The position numbers and the translations under genes were made by a program. Below the pieces are notes generated by a model. It had not been told where the DNA came from, did no database searches, and worked only from the letters and a program-made list of their open reading frames with translations. A stretch of DNA of 24,000 nucleotides, taken from positions 186,182-210,181 of the forward strand of contig NZ_CAKKNS010000001.1 in assembly GCF_918814575.1 (NCBI RefSeq), in the 5' to 3' direction. The DNA is from Periweissella fabaria. Its GTDB lineage: Bacteria > Bacillota > Bacilli > Lactobacillales > Lactobacillaceae. Shown one piece after another: positions 17,049-24,000 of the stretch; position 1 is the stretch's first letter; each line of letters starts with the position of its first letter.

Positions 17049-18101
17049 ATGGATACGATTTGTGATTTATATTTAAGCGATAAGCACACGCAGCATACCT
17101 GGCAAGCGTTTTTAGAACAACGTGGGATTACGAATTTTAATGCGCAAGAAGTCAGTACAATTGATCAAACAATTGGCTTGTATAATGCCGATAATCAACT
17201 CGTTGGGACCGGCTCAATTGCCAATAACATCATTAAGTTTGTGGCCGTTTGTGATCGGGATGCCGAGACGAAAGGGGCGCGGTTTAACCAAGTGATTTCA
17301 GAATTAACAAATCGCTTAGGCGCCCAAGGAATCTTTCATCAGTTTGTCTTCACCAAGCCAGCTTATATTGACAGTTTTAAATACGTCGGCTTTCAACTAC
17401 TAGGAGCGACTGAGCAAGGGGCTATCCTTGAAAAAGGAATGCCTAATATCAAAGATTACCTTGCGCAGATTCCCAAGTTTCCGGCAGCTAAAAAGGTTGC
17501 GGGGATTGTGATGAATGCTAATCCGTTCACCAATGGCCATCGGTTCTTAGTCGCTGAAGCCGCCAAGCAAAATGATGTTGTCTACGTTTTTGTCGTTAAT
17601 GCCGATGTGTCATTATTCTCAACGGCTGAGCGCCTCCAATTAGTCATTGAAGGGACACGCGATTTACCAAACGTAGTGGTCGTCAACGGCCAAGATTACT
17701 TAGTCAGTTTTGTTAGTTTTCCGGCATACTTCATTAAAGATAACGACGCCATCATTCGCTACCAAACGGAACTGGATGCTAGTATTTTCAAGCAACAAAT
17801 TGCACCGGCATTAGGGATCACCGCTCGTTATCTAGGCAGTGAACCACTCTCACATACCACCGCACTGTATAATGCCAGCTTGGAGCGAATCTTAGCGCCT
17901 GACATTGCCGTTAAAATCTTGCCGCGCTTAACGAACGGGCCACAAGTGATTTCGGCAAGTTATGTCCGGCAATTAATTAAAACCGGTAATCTAAGTGATT
18001 TAGATGGACTGATTCCACCAACTACTGTAACATTTATCCATAATAATTTACTAACATTACAATCACGAATTTCGAAAGGACAAAATATCAATGGAAATTA
18101 A
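17049..18101 (+). CDS. citC: [Citrate (pro-3S)-lyase] ligase
   Basis: N-terminal GNAT-like region then NANPFTNGHRFLVEAAAKQ-type nucleotidyltransferase motif (MNANPFTNGHRFLVAEAA); position before citD. Start uncertain (TTG 17046 or ATG 17049). Confidence 0.94.
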   Translation: MDTICDLYLSDKHTQHTWQAFLEQRGITNFNAQEVSTIDQTIGLYNADNQLVGTGSIANNIIKFVAVCDRDAETKGARFNQVISELTNRLGAQGIFHQFVFTKPAYIDSFKYVGFQLLGATEQGAILEKGMPNIKDYLAQIPKFPAAKKVAGIVMNANPFTNGHRFLVAEAAKQNDVVYVFVVNADVSLFSTAERLQLVIEGTRDLPNVVVVNGQDYLVSFVSFPAYFIKDNDAIIRYQTELDASIFKQQIAPALGITARYLGSEPLSHTTALYNASLERILAPDIAVKILPRLTNGPQVISASYVRQLIKTGNLSDLDGLIPPTTVTFIHNNLLTLQSRISKGQNINGN

Positions 18102-18384
18102 AGAAACCGCCATGGCCGGTACCTTGGAATCATCAGATATCCAAATCATGCTTAGTGCTGGCACAAATGGTTACGAATTTGAATTAGAATCAGACGTCGC
18201 TAAGCAATTTGGTGATCAAATTAAAGCAACAATTACGAATGTGTTGGAAGCATATGATATCCAAAATGCCAAAATCAGTGTCGTTGATAAAGGCGCGTTA
18301 GACTTAGTTATCAAAGCCCGCGCCCTTACAGCGGTGCAACGTGCATTAGGGATTGTTGATACACCAAATTGGGAGGTAATGTAA
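18091..18384 (+). CDS. citD: Citrate lyase acyl carrier protein (gamma subunit)
   Basis: AMAGTLESSDIQIML contains the prosthetic-group serine region; overlaps the citC stop by 11 nt. Confidence 0.95.
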   Translation: MEIKETAMAGTLESSDIQIMLSAGTNGYEFELESDVAKQFGDQIKATITNVLEAYDIQNAKISVVDKGALDLVIKARALTAVQRALGIVDTPNWEVM

Positions 18385-18386
18385 TT

Positions 18387-19301
18387 ATGTCAGATTCAAA
18401 AGAACGTCTCCGGCGCACAATGATGTTTGTGCCAGGTAATAACCCCGCCATGATTAAGGATGCCGGTATCTTTGGCGCTGATTCAATCATGTTTGACCTT
18501 GAAGATGCCGTTTCAATGGCCGAAAAGGATGCCGCCCGTTACTTGATTTATGAAGCAATCACTACGATTGATTACGGGGATGCCGAATTAGTTGTCCGGA
18601 TTAATGGTTTGGATACACCATATTATCAAAATGATATTAAAGCCATGGTTAAAGCTGGTATTGATGTCATTCGCTTACCAAAGGCTGAGACTGCGGAGAT
18701 GATTCACGAATTGGAAACATTAGTGGCCGCTGCTGAAGTTGAATTTGGCCGTGAAGTTGGTAGCACCAACTTAATGGCAGCGATTGAATCAGCCAAAGGG
18801 GTTGTTAACGCTAATGAAATTGCGGCGGCATCACCTCGGATGATTGGGATTGCCTTATCCGCTGAAGATTACACCACTGATATGAAAACGCACCGTTATC
18901 CTGATGGCCAAGAATTATTATATGCTCGGAATGTGATCTTACACGCCGCCCGGGCTGCCGGAATTGCTGCGTTTGACACGGTCTTTACTAACATGGATGA
19001 TGAAGCTGGTTTCTACCGGGAAACTGAATTGATTCACCAACTTGGTTTTGACGGTAAGTCATTGGTTAACCCTCGCCAAGTAGCCATGGTTAATAAAGTT
19101 TACCAACCAACAGAAAAAGAAATTCGCAATGCCCAACAAGTTATCATGGCCATTGAACAAGCCCGGATTAAGGGTTCTGGCGTTATTTCATTGAATGGCC
19201 AAATGGTTGATCGTCCCGTAGTGCTACGAGCAGAACGGGTTATGCGCTTAGCCAAAGCCAATAATTTAGTAGATGCAGAAGGTGAATACATTGGAAAATA
19301 A
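18387..19301 (+). CDS. citE: Citrate lyase beta subunit (citryl-CoA lyase)
   Basis: [44 protein letters not shown]; RBS gggagg at 18371; ATG at 18387. Confidence 0.96.
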   Translation: MSDSKERLRRTMMFVPGNNPAMIKDAGIFGADSIMFDLEDAVSMAEKDAARYLIYEAITTIDYGDAELVVRINGLDTPYYQNDIKAMVKAGIDVIRLPKAETAEMIHELETLVAAAEVEFGREVGSTNLMAAIESAKGVVNANEIAAASPRMIGIALSAEDYTTDMKTHRYPDGQELLYARNVILHAARAAGIAAFDTVFTNMDDEAGFYRETELIHQLGFDGKSLVNPRQVAMVNKVYQPTEKEIRNAQQVIMAIEQARIKGSGVISLNGQMVDRPVVLRAERVMRLAKANNLVDAEGEYIGK

Positions 19302-20829
19302 AGTAAATCGCAACATCCCAGATGAAATTTTAGCAAAATATGCTTACCAACCATTTACATCAACGGACATCGAAGGGATGCCAGTTGAACGGGTCTTACC
19401 AACTTTTGAAGCAACCACTGGTAGCAATAAGTTAGTTGATTCATTAACCGATTTAGTCAACAAGACGGTCCGTGATGGGATGACAATCTCATTTCACCAC
19501 CACTTCCGGGAAGGTGACTTTGTGTTTAACAAAGTTATGCGCATTATCATCGATAACGGCTATCAAGATTTAACTTTAGCACCATCATCTTTGACAAATG
19601 TTATGAACGATATTGTCGTTGAAGCGATTGAAAAGGGGGTCGTTACTAACATTACATCATCTGGGATGCGTGGAACCTTAGGGGATGCCATCTCACACGG
19701 TGCTTTAGCTAATCCTGTTATTTTCCGTTCACACGGTAACCGGGCTCGCGCCATTGAAACCGGCGCCATCAAAATTGACGTGGCCTTCTTAGGGGTTCCC
19801 AATGCTGATGAAATGGGAAATGCCAATGGGATGGACGGGGACTCTGCTTTTGGTTCCCTTGGTTATGCCTTAATGGATGCCCAATATGCTCAAACAGTGG
19901 TCTTAATCACCGATACTTTGAAGCCATACCCCAACACACCAGCTTCAATTAAACAAACCCAAGTTGACTACGTTGTCCAAGTTGATGCTGTCGGCGATCC
20001 TGAAAAGATTGGTTCTGGAGCCACGCGGTTCACGAAAGACCCTAAAGAATTAAAGATTGCGGAAATGGTTAATAAAGTGATTACCCACTCACCATACTTT
20101 AAAGACGGCTTCTCATTCCAAACCGGGACTGGTGGCGCAGCCTTAGCCGTAACCCGTTTCTTACGCCAAGCAATGCTTGATAACCAAATCAAAGCCTCAT
20201 TTGCGTTAGGTGGGATTACTAAGCCAACTGTTGATCTCTTAGAAGAAGGTTTGATTAGTCGTTTGATGGACGTGCAAGATTTCGATAAGGGCGCGGCTGA
20301 ATCAATGCACAAAAACCGCAACCAACAAGAAATCGATGCTTCTTGGTATGCGGATGCCGCTAACAAAGGTGCGATGGTTGATAAGTTAGACGTTGTAATC
20401 TTATCAGCATTAGAAATTGATACTAAGTTCAACGTAAACGTAATGTCTGGTTCCGATGGTGTCATTCGTGGCGCAATCGGTGGTCACCAAGATGCCGCTA
20501 CCGCTAAGTTGACGATTATCTCAGCACCATTAGTGCGGGGACGGATTGCCACTATCGTACCTGATGTAACAACGGTTGTAACCCCTGGTGAATCAATTGA
20601 TGTTATCGTAACGGAAGTTGGGATTGCCATTAACCCATTACGCGAAGACTTATTAGCCGTGCTTAGTGATGTGCCTGGTGTACCAGTATTTACGATTGAA
20701 GAACTCCAACAAATGGCAGAAAAGAAAGTTGGCACACCTAAGCCACTTGAATTTACTGACCGTGTCGTAGCCTTGATTGAATACCGTGACGGGACCATTA
20801 TGGACGTGATTCACGAAGTAAAAGATTAA
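19291..20829 (+). CDS. citF: Citrate lyase alpha subunit (citrate CoA-transferase)
   Basis: [51 protein letters not shown] at 19291 is preceded by gaaggtg and is a more likely start than ATG 19273. Confidence 0.94.
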   Translation: MENKVNRNIPDEILAKYAYQPFTSTDIEGMPVERVLPTFEATTGSNKLVDSLTDLVNKTVRDGMTISFHHHFREGDFVFNKVMRIIIDNGYQDLTLAPSSLTNVMNDIVVEAIEKGVVTNITSSGMRGTLGDAISHGALANPVIFRSHGNRARAIETGAIKIDVAFLGVPNADEMGNANGMDGDSAFGSLGYALMDAQYAQTVVLITDTLKPYPNTPASIKQTQVDYVVQVDAVGDPEKIGSGATRFTKDPKELKIAEMVNKVITHSPYFKDGFSFQTGTGGAALAVTRFLRQAMLDNQIKASFALGGITKPTVDLLEEGLISRLMDVQDFDKGAAESMHKNRNQQEIDASWYADAANKGAMVDKLDVVILSALEIDTKFNVNVMSGSDGVIRGAIGGHQDAATAKLTIISAPLVRGRIATIVPDVTTVVTPGESIDVIVTEVGIAINPLREDLLAVLSDVPGVPVFTIEELQQMAEKKVGTPKPLEFTDRVVALIEYRDGTIMDVIHEVKD

Positions 20830-20881
20830 GCTTAGTAATTCCCCCGATTAAAAAATCCCCCTGATTGAAAGGAAATGTGTG

Positions 20882-22264
20882 ATGTTTACTGAAGGCCAAG
20901 CGGTTAGCTTAACGGATATTTTAACAAGTAAGGAAGTTCGGAGTGCTCGCCAAACGAAATTCCAAGCAGCGTACCCCGATCAAGTAATTTGCGCTGTTAA
21001 ATTAAATATTCCCGGTAATGTCAAAACCAATGCCGCTATCGTGAACATCTTTGTTGACGGCTGGCACAATATCTTAGCAACGCTCAACCAAGATGGTTAC
21101 CATGTGCAACACACCGTTCAATATCGCGAATTAGCAACTGGCCCCGAAGGCTTTATCATTGTTGATGGGTCACTGTCAGTTGTTAAAAAAGTGATGATTG
21201 AACTTGAAACGCACTTACCACTTGGCCGCTTATTTGATATTGATGTTATGACGCAAGGTAACGCTACGCAGCTTTCACGCCAAGCATTAGGGTTTTCTGC
21301 CCGCAAATGTTTGGTATGTGAGCAAGACGCCAAAGTTTGTGCCAAAACGCAAGCGCACACGTATCCGGAAATATTAGCGGTGATTGAACACCGTTACCAA
21401 CAACATTTCCACGCCACTGACTGGGATCAAACGCACGCCGTTAATTTTGCGCAAAAAGGCTTATTGTACGAGGTTAGTTTGAACCCAAAACCAGGGTTAG
21501 TTGACCCGGCCAGTACTGGGGCCCATCATGATATGGATGTGTTTACCTTTATTGATAGTAGTTTGGCGTTGGGACCATATTTTAATACGGCTTACCAGGC
21601 TGGCTTTAACTTTAATGAAGCAGACTTAACCCAGTTATTTGCGCAATTACGTCAACACGGTATGGAAGCAGAAACGGCGATGTTTACCGCAACTAATGGG
21701 GTAAATACCCATAAAGGGGCGATTTTCTCATTAGGGATTTTACTAGGAGCGACGGGTTATTGTTATCGCCATCAGCTAACAACTTTAACGCATTTACAAG
21801 CAACGGTTAAAGCGATGTTAGCAACGTTAATCACAACCGATTTCCAAGGTTTGACGACCAAGGCCACGTTAACGGCGGGCGAACAGCAGTTTTTAAAATA
21901 CCAAGTGACCGGAATTCGTGGTGAAGCCGCCGCCGGTTATCCAACCGTCTTTGGGCTAGCTTTGCCGCAGCTACAAAAGACGACGGGGACATTACCACAA
22001 CGGCTATTAGATACATTAATGTATATTGCCGGTAATACCCGGGATTCCAATTTAATTAAGCGCGCCGGCGAGCTTGAGATTTTGACCGAGATGCACGCTT
22101 GGACACAGCAGTATTTTGACTTAGGTGGTAGTAAAACAGCTGAGGGGATGGCTTTTTTACACCAACTAGATGACCAATTTAAGGAACGAAATCTAAGTTT
22201 AGGTGGTTCAGCAGATTTATTAATCTTAACCATCTACACTGGATTATTAACCACAATGATTTAA
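20882..22264 (+). CDS. citG: Fused CitX-CitG: apo-citrate lyase phosphoribosyl-dephospho-CoA transferase / triphosphoribosyl-dephospho-CoA synthase
   Basis: CitX-type GRLFDIDVMT and RKCLVCEQDAKVC in the N-terminal part; CitG-type SLNPKPGLVDPASTGAHHDMDVFTFIDSS and TNGVNTHKGAIFSLG in the C-terminal part. Confidence 0.93.
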   Translation: MFTEGQAVSLTDILTSKEVRSARQTKFQAAYPDQVICAVKLNIPGNVKTNAAIVNIFVDGWHNILATLNQDGYHVQHTVQYRELATGPEGFIIVDGSLSVVKKVMIELETHLPLGRLFDIDVMTQGNATQLSRQALGFSARKCLVCEQDAKVCAKTQAHTYPEILAVIEHRYQQHFHATDWDQTHAVNFAQKGLLYEVSLNPKPGLVDPASTGAHHDMDVFTFIDSSLALGPYFNTAYQAGFNFNEADLTQLFAQLRQHGMEAETAMFTATNGVNTHKGAIFSLGILLGATGYCYRHQLTTLTHLQATVKAMLATLITTDFQGLTTKATLTAGEQQFLKYQVTGIRGEAAAGYPTVFGLALPQLQKTTGTLPQRLLDTLMYIAGNTRDSNLIKRAGELEILTEMHAWTQQYFDLGGSKTAEGMAFLHQLDDQFKERNLSLGGSADLLILTIYTGLLTTMI

Positions 22265-22412
22265 CAAGATTTAACTAAGAGAGATATTTTGGAGAAGAGA
22301 TTCAGAAGCGTCGTCATAATAAGTTAGCGCAATCATGGACAGTTGTCGCTCCCTTATTAGCTCAATTCAGGTGAAAAAGTTATTATCACTACCAATTTAT
22401 GAGGTTAAAGAA

Positions 22413-23732
22413 ATGGATCAACAAACACAAGGTGCAACCCCTGCAGGCAAGCCCAACTTCTTGAGCAAGCTTGAAAAGTTTAAAATTAGTGGTATCGGAT
22501 TACCGCTATATATCGTCATGGCAGTAATCTTACTATTAATGATCAACCTACATGCATTACCTAATAATATGTTAGGGGCAATCTTAGTCTTAGTTCTTCT
22601 TGGACATTTGTTTTATTATATTGGCGCCAATTTACCAATTTTTAAAACGTATCTTGGTGGTGGGTCCGTCTTTACTATCTTTACAGCCGCTGCTTTAGTT
22701 ACGTATGGCATTATTCCATCAAGCGTGGTGACCATTAGTAAGACATTTGTTAACAATATGGATTTCCTTGATTTCTACATTGTTTCATTGATTGTTGGTT
22801 CAATTTTAGGAATGAACCGTAAATTACTACTCCGGGCTGCCGTTCGTTTCTTACCAGTTGCCTTTATCTCAATGGCCGTAACATTATTCGCGGTTGGTGG
22901 GGTCGGAATGCTCCTTGGTGAAGGTTTTGCTCACTCAATTTACTACGTCTCAATTCCAATCATGGCCGGTGGGGTTGGTGCTGGGATTGTACCATTGTCA
23001 GGTATTTACAGCCATGCCTTTGGTCAACCAGCTGCACACATCTTGTCACAATTATTCCCTGCAACAACTTTTGGTAACTTATTAGCTATTGTTGGTGCCG
23101 GCATGCTTTCAAAAGTTTTCCAAGGTTCTAAAATTGACGGTAACGGGGTGTTAATGCCAGTTAGCGACGATATGTTACAAAAGAAAAAAGCACCGCTTGA
23201 TGTTACCCGTATCGGGGTTGGTTTAGTAATTGCAATGGCCTTCTTCATGCTTGGAACATTGCTTAACATGTTAGTCCCAGCTATTAATACTTATGCATTT
23301 ATCATTTTGTCAGTTATCTTAGTTAAAGCGTTTGGTTTCCTTCCAGAATACTACGAACAATCAGTCGTGATGTTTAGTGACTTAGTTGTTAACAATATGA
23401 CACACGCCTTACTCTGTGGGGTCGGAATGTCATTACTTGACTTGAAGGTCTTAGCGGCATCACTTTCATGGCAATTCGTTATCCTATGCTTAACTAGTGT
23501 GATTGTAATTTCATTAGTTTCAGGATTTGTTGGTAAATTATTCGGTATGTACCCACTTGAAGCAACTATTACAGCTGGTTTATGTAATAACTCAATGGGT
23601 GGAACAGGTAACGTTTCAGTCCTTGCCGCATCTAACCGGATGAATTTAATTGCCTTTGCACAAATGGGTAACCGACTTGGTGGGGCCATTATGTTAGTGG
23701 TCGCTGGGTTATTAGTTTCATTTATGCATTAA
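22413..23732 (+). CDS. citP: 2-hydroxycarboxylate transporter family, citrate carrier
   Basis: GGVGAGIVPLSGIYSHAFGQ and NNSMGGTGNVSVLAASNRMNLIAFAQMGNRLGGA motifs of the 2-HCT family; ATG at 22413 with upstream gagg. Confidence 0.93.
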   Translation: MDQQTQGATPAGKPNFLSKLEKFKISGIGLPLYIVMAVILLLMINLHALPNNMLGAILVLVLLGHLFYYIGANLPIFKTYLGGGSVFTIFTAAALVTYGIIPSSVVTISKTFVNNMDFLDFYIVSLIVGSILGMNRKLLLRAAVRFLPVAFISMAVTLFAVGGVGMLLGEGFAHSIYYVSIPIMAGGVGAGIVPLSGIYSHAFGQPAAHILSQLFPATTFGNLLAIVGAGMLSKVFQGSKIDGNGVLMPVSDDMLQKKKAPLDVTRIGVGLVIAMAFFMLGTLLNMLVPAINTYAFIILSVILVKAFGFLPEYYEQSVVMFSDLVVNNMTHALLCGVGMSLLDLKVLAASLSWQFVILCLTSVIVISLVSGFVGKLFGMYPLEATITAGLCNNSMGGTGNVSVLAASNRMNLIAFAQMGNRLGGAIMLVVAGLLVSFMH

Positions 23733-23755
23733 GCTTTAAAATATTAAGATCATGT

Positions 23756-23795
23756 AAAAAAGCTATCGAAGAACATTGTTCTTGGATAGCTTTTT
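23756..23795 (+). terminator. Terminator of the cit operon
   Basis: aaaaagctatc ... gatagcttttt with inner gaac/gttc pairing. Confidence 0.9.
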
Positions 23796-23800
23796 GTTTA

Positions 23801-24000
23801 GGCTCTTTGTCAAATGATGTTGAGTTTTTGGCTACTAAATCGTAAAAAATTATGGTCTTTTTAGATGCGGTTAAATTTCGATAGCCATAGCCGCTTCTAT
23901 TGATTTGTTTTAAACCTTCTAAAGGACCATTTGAGTAAGGTGAGTCACAACTTTCGTTAAATACCTTTGAGGTTTTTCTTCAATGTTTTAATCAAGATTA
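23801..24000 (-). mobile_element. End of a degenerate ISL3-family insertion sequence (transposase C-terminus on minus strand)
   Basis: GGCTCTTTGTCAAATGATGTTGA resembles ISL3-family terminal repeats; the minus strand encodes SPYSNGPLEG...GYGYRNL typical of ISL3 transposases, split over two frames. Confidence 0.75.

Noticed and set aside
19100-20798. Minus-strand ORFs of 84, 87, 165 and 104 aa in citE/citF
   Set aside because: Long shadow ORFs produced by codon bias opposite citE/citF; no motif or RBS support.
21118-22233. ORFs antisense to citXG
   Set aside because: Shadow ORFs on a well-supported gene.
23024-23689. Minus-strand ORFs inside citP
   Set aside because: Antisense to the 2-HCT transporter.
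1-24000. CRISPR arrays, retrons, toxin-antitoxin pairs, tRNA/rRNA genes
   Set aside because: No regularly spaced repeats, reverse transcriptase, cas-like proteins or tRNA cloverleaf seen by eye; this negative is from reading only and should be confirmed with dedicated tools.

Overview
This is a chromosomal window that looks like a lactic acid bacterium (Weissella / Leuconostoc / Lactobacillus-like), called from protein motifs only. The right third (about 14.7-23.8 kb) is a near-complete citrate-fermentation locus: a divergent SorC-type regulator (citI-like), malic enzyme/oxaloacetate decarboxylase (citM), citC, citD, citE, citF, a fused citX-citG, and a 2-hydroxycarboxylate transporter (citP). 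It ends in a strong terminator followed directly by the end of a degenerate ISL3-family insertion sequence. The middle holds a PTS operon (EIIA, EIIBC, MalY/PatB-type C-S lyase, PRD/BglG-MtlR-type regulator). The left part holds GAPDH with a divergent AraC-type regulator, a DUF1697 protein, a zinc-less alcohol dehydrogenase/quinone reductase with a divergent HxlR regulator, and a nonsense-mutated gene near the left edge. Two lipoproteins, two small membrane proteins and a DHH phosphoesterase fill the rest. I found no CRISPR array, tRNA/rRNA or obvious defence system. I do not see a wholly novel system. The most interesting points are the regulatory architecture between citI and citM, the PTS/C-S-lyase operon with a degenerate PRD regulator, the CitX-CitG fusion, and several decayed genes.
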